Source of the DNA: Camelus ferus
Lineage: Eukaryota
DNA: 64,000 bases
Assembly (NCBI RefSeq): GCF_009834535.1
Contig: NC_045714.1
Location: forward strand, 14,756,001-14,820,000
Reading direction: 5' to 3'
In this document: positions 46,651 through 57,274 of the stretch, in pieces
Layout of the letters: every line of letters begins with the position of its first letter
How positions within the stretch are numbered: position 1 is the first letter of the stretch
Made by a program: the position numbers and the translations under genes
The notes under the pieces: generated by a model
The model's database searches: none
What the model was told of the DNA's origin: nothing
What the model saw: only the letters and a program-made list of their open reading frames with translations

Positions 46651-47839
46651 GTAAGTAGCCTGTCCCACAACGCAGCCACGTGGGCTGGAGGGCTGGGGAG
46701 GACGGAGGGTCCTGAAGGGGCTCGGGCCGCACATCTGTCTGCCCCAGGAAGCCTGGTGAGTGGCCCCCGCCCTGCCCTCGGCCGGTGCCCTGAGACTGGG
46801 CAGGTCCTCAAGGCCCCGCGGAGCTTCTTTGCTGTAATAGTGGGTCTTGTGCTGGCTGCAGAGGAGTCGCTGGCAGGGCCTGGCTGGTTCCAGGAGAAAG
46901 AGGTGACAGGGTGGCTTCCACTTGCCCTGGTGAAGCGGTGTTGGCCCTGCAGCCCCCCGAGTGTCAGCTCCCGGGTCTCCAGTGCAGTGTAGGCCGTCCG
47001 AGTTTCCACTCCCAGCCTTGCCTGCTCCTTGGCCTAAGGCGAGGGATGACTGGGGATTTTGTCAGGACAGATGAGTGGACACTGGGCAGTGACCTGGGCG
47101 AGAGCCGGGCGGGAAGGATCAGGCCAGAAACCTGTACGAGGATGTCATCCTGGAGGGGAGACTGCAGCCAGCATGGCGTGGTGGTGACAGGAGGGGTGTG
47201 AGGAGGGGAGCACGGAGCAGGGATTGGAGGCTGCCTGGCAGGCTGACCCAGGGCACACGGGCCCAAGGGAGCCCAGGACAGGAGTTTCTGAAGGCCAGAG
47301 CGTAGCTGCCCAGCCAGCCAGTGGGAACCCTGGGGTTGGAGTAGAGTCTGGGACACATCTCGGGTGTGCCCCAGTGGGCCAGTGTGCCCAGCGTCGGGCA
47401 GTGCCACCCATGCTCCTGAGTCACCTCTGCCTGTTTTCTCTGAGGCCTTGTCTCCCAAGGGCTCTGCGGCGGGGGGTCCAGGACTGCTTGTTTTGAGAGT
47501 GGCCTGGGTGCCGGGCCGAGGTGAGAGGCCTGAGCAGACTGGGCTTGTGGGAGGCCTGTGGGCCCCTGCGTCCTGGACTGGGGAGGTCAGCGTTAGCTCT
47601 GCTCCCTCACACCGGGTGCTGCACAGGCCCCCCTGCCCTGATGGCCTCCCGGGGGGAGCTGAAATCGTGTGCATCTCTGAGGGCCCCTTAGAGCTGCTGT
47701 AGGGTGAGCACAGGGCCTCGTGGCCGTCGGGAGACAGGCCTGGGACTGATCACCTGTCTGTACCCCAGGGAGCGGCAGCCCCAGTGGCCAGCGTCAGGAC
47801 AGTAGACCAGACACCAGGCGTCTCTCTGTTTTCTTTCAG

Positions 47840-47872
47840 GCTACGAAATTCGGATCCCACGCAAGTCAGAAG
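47840..47872 (+). CDS. ARFGAP1: ARFGAP1 exon 9 (ATKFGSHASQK)
   Basis: TTCTTTCAG acceptor, AAG|GTAACG donor, 33 nt. Confidence 0.96.
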
Positions 47873-48687
47873 GTAACGAGGGAGGCCTCCACGTTGGTGT
47901 GTGAGGCTCCTGGCCAGCCTGCCCTCTGTGTGCTCTGGGCCGGGACACTCCTGCAGGCAGCTCGGGCACGCCCACACATGTGGACTTGTCTCCCAAGCTC
48001 CCATGTCACAGGGGTCACTTCAGGTGCCTGCGGGTTTAGCAGGTGGAGTAAGGCTGTACCTGCTTAGGGTCTGTGGGGCCAAAGTCGTCACCTGTATCTG
48101 GCAGCTGTGGGCCGCTGTACCGTTTGCCTCATAGGGAGGGAGCAGGCAGTGGCCCCGGGATGGGGAGAGAAGGCTCAGTGTGGCTGAGGCTCTGCTGTGT
48201 CTGGGCAGCCCCAGGCGGGGTGACTGGGGCCTCCTGTAGGACACGGGCTGAGTCCCGCGGAGACAGGTCCTCGTCCCCAGTTAGCGCTCTCTCTTCTTGT
48301 GGATGGTGTCTTGGGTCCTGGTGTTCATCTTTCCGAATTTTGGTGTGCAGCCCACATGGTCCCCATGTGGTGCCAGGCTCAGGCCGGCCCGTCCTCCGGC
48401 ACTGGGGGTCAGGACTCAGGAGGGGCGGCCACAGAGGCTGTCACAGGAGCCCACGGCCACACGGGCCCCTCGCGCCCTGAGGAGGGGTCCCAGCCCCCAC
48501 CTGGGAACCTTCTCTGAGCCCCTACCTTGGGCTCCTGAACCACCCACTTGCGTGGCCCTGGACTTGCAGAGCCAGGACTGGGGGCGCCATGGGGCCCTGC
48601 CAGGGCGCGTCCTCTTGTTGCCAACGCTGCTGCCACTGCCTTGCTCTCTCTCTCTCTCCGTCGTCTCCCTGCGCTGCCTGGGTAAAG

Positions 48688-48717
48688 TTCTGGGGTTCCA
48701 AGCAGCAGCCCGAGCTG
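48688..48717 (+). CDS. ARFGAP1: ARFGAP1 alternative 30-nt exon (FWGSKQQPEL), brain/heart-type insert
   Basis: AAAG acceptor after a CT-rich tract, CTG|GTAAGG donor. Resembles the known 10-residue FW-containing tissue-specific insertion. Confidence 0.88.
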
Positions 48718-49522
48718 GTAAGGCCGTCCGAACTGCTGCATGCCCCCATCCGCGCGGCACGAGCTCTGCTCCCCACTGTCCGCACTGTGGCGTGTGTTGG
48801 TGCTTCCGTGTGCTCGCGCTCTGATCTGCTGCCGATTTCCGCCTGACCTGTCCGCGGCGCTCGGGCACCCGTGTCGTGGGCAGGAGACGCGGGACCGGCC
48901 CAGGACTGGGGGCTGCTGCCGCTGCCGGGGCTGAAGGGCCCGGGTGCTTGGAGCTTCTTGGCGAGATTTTCACTTTGTGGTTTAATTACTTCCAGCCAAA
49001 TTATCCAAAGGAGTCCTGTCCCGGTGGCCAGGGCCACGCACTGTGTTGCCTCCCCTGGTCCTGCCCACCCCCACCTGAGCTGCCGGCCGGGCTCGTTCCC
49101 CCCACCCCCTTTTCTCCAAGCTCCAGCAGGGCCCTGGAGGGCAGGTGGGCTCGGGACCTGCCCGTCTGTGTCCCGGTGGGGGGTCGTTGTCGGCACACAG
49201 GCTGTTCTCACGGGATGGGTCACGTGAGCTCCAACGGGGAGACCCTGGAGGTGGCTGCTGGATGGTGTAGGCTCCCAGGGGCTTGCCGCCGTCCTGGCCC
49301 CTTCCCAGAGCAGGTGGGCCAGGGGCGGCAGCCTCTGGCCTGCACGCATCTGCCCACGTGCCACCCGCCGTGAGAGCCTGGCGTGTTGTGTGCTGCCGGG
49401 CTGCTCGCTGGCCGCTGCTTCCTGTCTGTGCGCAGAGCTCGCAGTGACCGTGCTGCTGTGTCCTGGGATGGACCTGCCGCCGAGCTCACTTGATCTCCTC
49501 ATCAAGTCTTTTCTTCTGACAG

Positions 49523-49579
49523 GCGTCGGAGTTGGGGCATAGTCTGAACGACAGCGTCCTCAAACCCGCCCAGGAGAAG
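49523..49579 (+). CDS. ARFGAP1: ARFGAP1 exon 10 (ASELGHSLNDSVLKPAQEK)
   Basis: GACAG acceptor, AAG|GTAACG donor, 57 nt. Confidence 0.96.
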
Positions 49580-50127
49580 GTAACGCCACGACCCACGGTG
49601 CTCCGCCACGTGCTCCTTGCAGCTCCCGTGGGTTCTTTTTGGGGGCGGCTGGCGTGGGGGCTTTGCTCAGGGGTACGGACTCCTGAGGGTGCCCCGTGTT
49701 CCCCTGGGTGGCTGGTGCCCTGTACCTGTGGGTTCATCCCCGTCTCAGCAGGGCCTGGCCTTGCCCTCTGCTGCTGGGTCGGGGAGAGCCCTGTCCCGTG
49801 TGGCTGGGTGTGCCCCCTGGCTTCTCGTCCTGGCCACAGTGCTCAGAGGAGACCCGGATGGGCTGAGAGGCTTTGAGGGGCTGGGACTTAGGGGACAGGG
49901 CCAGCCTGTCCTCAGAAGGTTGTGGGTGGCGTTGAGACCACCCGGGGAAAGTCTGAGTTAGACCAGCCTGGGCTGTGGCCTGGCAGCCCCACTTCCTCTC
50001 ACTTCTGGGGAGGGGCAGCGTGGTGTGGAGGCAAGTTCCGTGAGCAGGCGCCAGCGGGCGTGTCCTCTGTCAGGGGCGGGCAGCGGGCCTCTGCCCCTCG
50101 GCTGACGGCGCTGTTTCAATCCACCAG

Positions 50128-50187
50128 GTGAAGGAGGGAAAGATTTTTGATGATGTGTCCAGTGGGTTCTCTCAGTTGGCATCCAAG
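50128..50187 (+). CDS. ARFGAP1: ARFGAP1 exon 11 (VKEGKIFDDVSSGFSQLASK, ALPS2)
   Basis: CACCAG acceptor, AAG|GTAGGG donor, 60 nt. Confidence 0.96.
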
Positions 50188-50741
50188 GTAGGGTGGCCCC
50201 GCCTGACACTTGGGCATAGCTGGAAGCCAGTCTCCATATTCCAGGGCACCGGGAACCGCGAGCAGGAAGGGCCTGGGCGCTTCTTGCCCCGGATGGTGTC
50301 TGCGGCCTGCGTGGCCTCTGGGACATGAGGAGGGTCAGGTAGATGCTCCGGTGCCGGCGGCTCGAGGAATCTGGAAACAGCTGGACGGGCACCTGTTACA
50401 GCCACTAACCTGTTGCTTCCTTTCTTTCTGTCCTTGTCTTGCTGCTGCCGACCTCTCCCTGGTGAGTGTGCCGGGGCGGCCTGCCCGCCTTCTCTGCCTT
50501 AAAGCCACAGTGGGCAGCGCGTCTGTCTGCTTCCCAGCACGAGGCTCTGTGTGGGGCGGCCGTCCACCCAGGGAGCCTCGCACCCACCTGCTGGGGCCAC
50601 AGCCTCTCACTGTGCTCACGGCGGGCGTCCCGCCTGCCCCGGGAGATTCCATCCCGGGTGAATGGGTGCAAATTCCAGGTCTTTAGACACCGTGCTCTCG
50701 GCGCCGGAGCCCTGGCTGAGCTGCCCCATGTCTCCTTACAG

Positions 50742-50818
50742 GTCCAGGGGGTTGGCACTAGGGGATGGCGGGACGTCACCACCTTTTTTTCTGGGAAAGT
50801 GGAGGACACCTCGGACAG
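50742..50818 (+). CDS. ARFGAP1: ARFGAP1 exon 12 (VQGVGTRGWRDVTTFFSGKVEDTSD)
   Basis: TTACAG acceptor plus a tandem CAG 6 nt downstream that would drop VQ. AG|GTATGC donor. Confidence 0.96.
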
Positions 50819-51672
50819 GTATGCCGGGCCCCTCATCCTGATGTAAGCCCCCCTTTTCTGGTATTCTTTCTTGGGGTCTCTGGGAGGCAGATGTGTCACC
50901 CCCAGGGGTTCAGGGGTCACAGGGCAGAGGGCCCCCAAGCCCTTGACCTCTTACTCTGAAGCTCTTCCTTGGACCTGGCAGGAGCTGCCGCTGCCCAGGG
51001 CTGGAGAGGGAGGGAGGGTCTCAGGCGGGGAACTGGGTGTGGAGACGAGGGGTGGCTGGGCTCTGATCCCACCTCCTGGGGTCTGGAGCGCTCACTGGCC
51101 CACTCGAGGCTGGGCCCAGGCCTTCCTGCTGGAATCCTAGTCTGCCTGGCTTTCTGGTTCTCTGACCCCAGGGGGAGCCTGGGATCTGATGGGAGAGATG
51201 GCCGGGGGCTGGGCCAGAGCAGTGGCCACAACCGCCTTGGCGGTGCCGACGGCCTGCCCTGGGGCCGAGGAGCGTCCCGCTTGCCGGCAGGCAGGGTGCC
51301 GCAGCGCTTGCTTGGCCACCCGCTGTGGGACCATGTGACTGCAGTTCTGGTGAGGGGCTTTCCATCCTGAGCTGACCCTTCACGATGCCGATGCCAGGTC
51401 TCTGGGTTTTCTTTTGCCCTTAATCATCGCAGAAAACCAAGATCTGCGTGTTTCCCGGATTTCAGCTCTGTGGATGGGTCTCCTCTGCTTTGGAGCGAGA
51501 ACAACAGCTCCACGACCCTGCCTGGCGCTGGCCGAGCATCCTGGGTGGGGTCTCAGACTCGGCCTTGAGCCGTCTCTGGGGAGAAGCGGGGAGAAAGCCA
51601 GGCGGCTCAGGGCCCCCGCAGCAGCTTTTCTGGTTTTGTGAGAGCCACTCAGAGGCCTCTTCTTTGTCACAG

Positions 51673-52030
51673 ACTCCCAGAGGGCCAGAGCTACCAGAAC
51701 AGCGGTGGGGACAACTCCCAGAACACCATTGATCAGAGCTTCTGGGAGGCCTTTGGGACCGCTGACCCCGCCAAGGCACACCGGTCCCCGAGCAGCGACA
51801 GCTGGACATGCGCGGATGCCTCAGCCGACAAGAGGAGCTCAGACAGTTGGGACGTGTGGGGCTCGGGCTCCGCGTCCAACAACAAGAACAGCGACAGTGG
51901 CGATGGCTGGGAGGCCTGGTGGGGCGGCGGGGAGGGCGCAGCCAAGGCCACCAGGGAGGGCACAGCCAAGGCCACCAGGAAGGCCGCGCCACCCACGGCG
52001 GACGAGGTCTGGGACAACCAGGACTGGTAG
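51673..52030 (+). CDS. ARFGAP1: ARFGAP1 last exon coding part (...QSFWEAFG...SSDSWDVWGS...WDNQDW*)
   Basis: GTCACAG acceptor. The constitutive exons sum to 1263 nt (420 aa). Confidence 0.97.
51932..51979 (+). repeat. In-frame 24-nt tandem duplication in the ARFGAP1 C-terminus (EGAAKATR-EGTAKATR)
   Basis: GAGGGCGCAGCCAAGGCCACCAGG / GAGGGCACAGCCAAGGCCACCAGG, one mismatch. Confidence 0.92.
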
Positions 52031-52227
52031 GCCCCAGCCCTGCAGCCAGTGCTGTGGAAGGCAGCCTCGGGCGGGCCCCTGGGCCGTGCCTGCCGGTCCT
52101 GTGTCCCTGTCCCCGCTCTCCTGGATTCTCGGCAGCCCTGGGCACTTGGGCCAGGCGCTGTCGAGGGCAGGGGTCCGTGCTGCTGCGGGAAGCCGGCCGC
52201 ACCCTGCCGTCCCCCCACGCACTCAGT

Positions 52228-52233
52228 AATAAA
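52228..52233 (+). terminator. ARFGAP1 proximal polyadenylation signal
   Basis: AATAAA about 200 nt after the stop. A variant CATAAA at 53574-53579 may be a distal signal. Confidence 0.65.
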
Positions 52234-55200
52234 CATCCTTCCTGGTGGCACATGTGGCCACGTGTCGGTGGCTGAGGCTTGTCTCCCCCGACGCATCCTG
52301 ACTTTCTGTTGGTGCCGGCTTTTTCCCTCCTGAGGAAGCTCCGGAGCTGCCATCGCCCCTCCTGCACTCCACTCCCAAGCCCTGTCTTGGTAGGGCCTGT
52401 GCCTCGCGGGCCGGGGTCTGCACTGTCGCCCACCTGCCGTCAGCCCTCCACGAGTGTCTGCTTGCCGGGCCTCAGCGCTGGGACTCGGTGCCCGCAGGGA
52501 GGCCCGTGGGCATCCAGGGTGCTCTGGGATGGGGGCGCATCGGTACTTCGAAGCACCGGCCAGTCTGGTGGTGCTCCTGGTCCTCAGCCTTCCTCGCAGC
52601 CCCAGCCCTGCTGGTGTTGGCTGCGCCTGAGATGCTGGCCCCCTGCCCCCCACCGTCTCCTCGCACCACAGTTTGGATCTCTGTCGGCCTAGAGCCCAGC
52701 TGACTTTGGCCCCTGTGTGTCGGCCCCCTTGTTCTTGTGGCCTGGCACTGACAGGTGCCTGGTCCACCCATCAGCTCTGATGACCTCGTGAGACATGAGG
52801 CCGTGGTCGGTGCCCTGTCCCCACACCTGCCTCTGCTGACCCTCCCGTCTGTGAGCCGAGCTTTGACCTGGTGCTGCACAGACCTGAGTCCTTTGGGATT
52901 TGTGCAGGACGTCCCCATCCCTGCCCCACTCTGGTGGCCACGGCCCTGCCAGATGGGCCCCTCTCCCGCGTGAGGGCTTGTGTGTCAGGGCTGCAGTATG
53001 TCCCTGAAGTGGGGGCTGACAGAGGGGCCAGTGTGGGACAGCCCTGCCGCCCATAGCTCTCCCTTCAGGATGTCCACGCGTGCTTCTGGCTGACTTTGAG
53101 GATCTCAGTCACTGAGCCAGTAGTTGACCTGGATCTGAGGTTAGAGGTCAGGCTTAGGCTGACAAGAAGACCCAGGTCAGGCCAAAAGCCAGGGCCGCAT
53201 TTGGCCAGTCGGGCCCAGAGCTGGGGAGCTCAGGGGAGCCAGGCGCAAGGCGAGCATCCCCATTGGGCTGACATGGTGCCGCTGTGGCGTCCCTCAGGTC
53301 AGCGCCGTCCGGGTGGGGGGGTGTGGCCCATCCCACTGCAGGCTTCAGGGGCATTTGTTCTGTTGGTTCTGGTCCAGGAGGCCCTGCCCCAGAGTCCACG
53401 TTAAGCTGGGAGTAAGGTGCCCTCTGCCCTGGGGCCCTGTTCACCACCAGGTGCAGGGACTGGGGCTGAGTGGGGATCTCTGCCCCCACGCCCACTTCAG
53501 GAGCGCTGGGATGTGGTGGTTTGACCGTCCGGTTCCCCCCCCCCCCCCCCCCGCACGGAGGCGCTGACGTCACCATAAAAACACGCAGGAACACGGAGTG
53601 GTCTGGCTGACTCCCAAAGGGCCACTTCCAACAAAGGTGCAGGCAGGGACCAGGCCAGGTGTGCGGGTTAGAGACCGCCGGAGGGTTCTGGACCTGAGGC
53701 TGTGTCTCCTGGTCGGTCTTCCGTGTTGTCTTGTCCGGGGCAGCACTTTGGGGCAGGTGGGCCCAGACCGAACAGGTGAAGGTGGTTGGGTCTGGGTGCG
53801 GAGGCCGGTCTGGGCTGGGTGTGGTTCTGGGTGGGACAGTGCTGGAGCCTGTTCTTGGCTGATCCCAGTCACCACCCCCACCCCACCTGGCTTGTACAGG
53901 CCAGGCTGGCCTCCATCTCTCCAGACAGCTCACCCATCAGCCATGGAGCTGCCCTCGGCCCCCGAGCTCTGTGTGCTGCCCACCCAGACTGGGCCTCCTG
54001 GCCAGTCTCCACTCCCTGTTTGCCCCAGACTTGGCCAAGGCGCCAGGACTGATCAGCAGACACTTCAGGGCAGCCCCTGGTCAGCTTAGGTCCCTTTTCC
54101 AGAACTTGCATCCAACCAGGGACGACCTGTTTTTCCTGGCTGCCCCCTTTACATGTGTCCACTTTTGCTGCCACCCTGTCCAAAAGTTCCTCCCAGCCAG
54201 GTAGCCCTGCCCTGTGGGCCCTATGCGTGTAAGTGCAGATGCTGGCGGCCCTCCTGGGGCCCCACGCCCTGAGCCAGCCCTGCAGGAATACGGGGAGCAG
54301 AGCTTCCTGGGGGCTGTATGGGTTGGGGTTCCTGGGTGGTGGGCGCCCCACCCTCTGCACCTACTCCGGTCCCACCAGCCGTGCTGTGTGCTGACCCAGC
54401 AGCCAGGTCGCACGGGGTGGGGCTTGCAGCAGCTACACTGAGGCACGGCTCAGTACTGAGGGTTGGCTGCCCAGGCGCTCAGAACTGGAGCTCCTGGGGT
54501 CCCTCCCCACCGCTGGGGCTGGGGGAAGTGGGGCCTCTGCTCGGGGTCCCCACCTGGACGCTGGAATGAGGGCCATGATGGGGGACTTGCACCAGCCAGG
54601 ATGCCACGGCTGTGCCACTTCCAGAGCTCTCCCAGCGAGGGGCCTGCCTGGCTCTAACCTGTCCTTTCTCAGCTGTGACCCTGGGCAGCGCATGCCCTGG
54701 CCGATCCCTGACCCTGCTAGGTCGGCTGCAAGCCCTCGGGTGCTCGCGGGCACAGAGCACCTGTTGGGTTCAGAGACTCCTGGGCGGGCACATGGGGTGG
54801 GGGACCAGATGGGGTCCAGCCAAGGGCACTTGCTGACTGGCTCACACGAGTGGAGGGCAGTTCCTTGGAGCGTGTGGACATGCACATGAGTGTCCTGCGT
54901 GCCTGTGAGCCATGGACGTGGATTGATGGTGTTAGTTGTCGCCGCTAGACCAGGCGCCCTCTGCTGGCTTCTGCTTGGGTCTGCAGGGCCCACCTATGTG
55001 GCAGGGTGTGGGTCCCAGGACCCCAGGACCCCAGCACCCAGCACCCAGTGCAAGGCATCCACCAGCACTGCAGCATCCATAGCATCTAGCCATGGGTTCA
55101 CAGGCTTGGGCGGCTCTCGGGCCACAAGTCTCAGACCTCCCTTGCCTTGAGATGCTCAGGTCAGGAGCACTGACCGCCAGGCAGGATGACAGGGCGGGGT

Positions 55201-56194
55201 TGGGGCGGGGCGCAGGACACCTGGTGCAAGGCTGTGGAGCTGATTGGGTCCTGCAGCCCCACCTGGTTGCTAGGGGTCTGGGGGAGGGGCAAAAGCGCCC
55301 ACCCCTCCAGCAGCATCCAGCCCTGACCTTTACGCACGACCCCTCCCAGTCTCCAGCGAATATCGCGTCCACGACTGTGTCCTGTGCATCCTGAGTGTCC
55401 TGTGCCGGACCCGTCTCCCCCAGAGCACCTCTGCTCCCAGAAGCTGAACCTAGAGCAGGGTCAGAGTGGCCCTGGCAGCCTCGGCACACGGCGCTCAGCA
55501 CCCCCCCGACACACACTGGCTACCCTAGGGAGGGGGCCTGTCAGGTCCAGGTTTGGGTAGAGTGGGTCTGGTCAGGGCAGGCCCTGGGGCCCAGCTGGGC
55601 ACCCCCTAGCAATGGTCACCGGGCCCAGCCTGGGGCCGTCCGGGCAGGTGGGGAGCGCTTGAGGAGAGGCCCTGCTTGGGAGGCCCTCGCAGACTGGGGA
55701 GGGGCTTGTGGAGAAGCGGCCAGTGCAGAGGAGGCTTCCGGGGAGGGGGCTAGTGTGGTCTGGGTCATTGGAGAGACCTACGTGTGGCTCTGGTTTGGGG
55801 TCCTGGGTCCTGGAGGCGATGATGGACGAGTGGGGGGAGTGGAGTCTAGTTTGACCCCCAGGGTCCAGGTGCTGCTCCAGGCCGCCCCCCAGGCTGCCAG
55901 AGACCCCAGGCCCATCTCCCACAGCGTGCTGCATGGGGCCACTTGTGGTGCCCTTGTCCCTGAGGCGCCTCCCCTGTGAGCCTCTCTGGGACAGACCCTG
56001 TGGTGTGAGGGTTGAAGGTGTTGACCCCTTGCTGCCTTGCATCCCTGCCCTGCAGTGTGATGGGGTTCTTCTCCCTGGGGTGCCTGTGCCCCCAGCTCAG
56101 GGGAACGTCCTGGGCACCAGATGGGAAGAGTGTAGAGCGGGGGAGGGGTGGGCCGGGGGTGGGCCAGGCAGTGACGTCGGTGGACAAGGGCCTC

Positions 56195-56282
56195 ATAAGC
56201 TGCGGCCTCCCTGTGGCTGCAGCAGGACCGGGCTGGACGGGAGTGCGCGAGACCGAGGGACGCTGCTCTCGGACAGGAGCAG
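56195..56282 (+). other. COL20A1: COL20A1 non-coding exon 1 (start approximate)
   Basis: ATAAGCTGCGGCCTCCCTGTGGCTGCAGCAGGACC resembles the human COL20A1 mRNA 5' end as I recall it. CAG|GTTGGT donor, CRE-like TGACGTCG at 56172 and AP-1 TGACTCA at 56288. Confidence 0.6.
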
Positions 56283-57192
56283 GTTGGTGACTCATCTGGG
56301 GGCCGGGGCCACCGGGGATGTGCCCAGGTCTGTGATCTGAGGATGACCTTGACCTCCTAGAAAGGTTAGGGGGGAGTGGAGCTCCTGGGGAGGGGGCAGC
56401 AGGACCAGAGGCACAGTCAGGGTGGGGCTGGGGTCTGACCCCCGGGCCACGGGGCATAGAGGAGTCCTGCTCCCAGCACTGGCCTCCGTGTCCCTGGAAG
56501 GGGTCTCACCGGGTTTCTGGGGAGAGGAGGGGTCTGGCTTCAGAATGTGAATCAGGAGGGCCAAGGACCTGGGGTGCCCAGAGAGCCCCTCCACAGCCCT
56601 GAGGACCCCCACAACCTTGGCTGCCCTGGGGGTGGCCGGGGCCCTGAGAGCCTGTGCTGCATGTCCCTTCTGCTGTCAGCAGAGGCGCAGAGGCCCTGAG
56701 GTCCCAACCCCGCTTCAGGGCTTCTCCCCGCCCCCTCGCTGGTAGGCCGGCTCTGGGGCCAGCAGAGGGGAGGCACGCTGGGGGTCCTGCTCAAACTGGA
56801 GTCCCAGTCCCTGCCTCGGTTTCCTCCCCAGACCCCCAGCCCTGACAGTGGCCACCGTAGTCTGGTCTAATGACAAGTGACCAGAGCAGCAACCAGGGCC
56901 CCTTGTTGTCCCATAGAGAACGTCCCAGGGCACGACGCAGAAACTGACTGGGCTGCCCTGTCTCAGGGGGGCAGGAGGGCAGCTGACCTCTCAATCCAGG
57001 AAGCTCCTGCCCAGGTGGACAGCAGGGCTGGTGGCTGCAGGCCTTGGGGCATGGGCTGAGCCTCCCTGCCCACAGGGCCACAGGTGAAGACGCTCTGGCT
57101 TCAAGGTCAGGAGGGGATGGACAGATGGATGGACAAATGGAGGAACCGACGGATGGCTGAGCAGCCTTTCTTCTTCCCACAGGCCACGCACC

Positions 57193-57274
57193 ATGAGTGA
57201 CTGTGTGCTCCCCTCCCTCGGGGTCGGCCTCTGGCTGTTGCTGGGGGCTGCCATGGGACTTGGCCAGGGTCAAG
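57193..57274 (+). CDS. COL20A1: COL20A1 exon 2 coding part, signal peptide (MSDCVLPSLGVGLWLLLGAAMGLGQGQ)
   Basis: TTCTTCCCACAG acceptor, CACCATG Kozak, hydrophobic signal peptide, CAAG|GTAAGG donor in phase 1. Not in the supplied ORF track. Confidence 0.9.

Noticed and set aside
50819-51672. Orthologues of human intronic miRNA annotations (MIR4326 in ARFGAP1, MIR3196 in BIRC7)
   Set aside because: No convincing sequence match or hairpin seen by eye.
48522-52767. Long - strand ORFs (327, 323, 344 aa) over ARFGAP1
   Set aside because: Antisense shadows of coding exons and GC-rich introns. Low-complexity Pro/Arg/Gly/Ala composition, no homology recognised.
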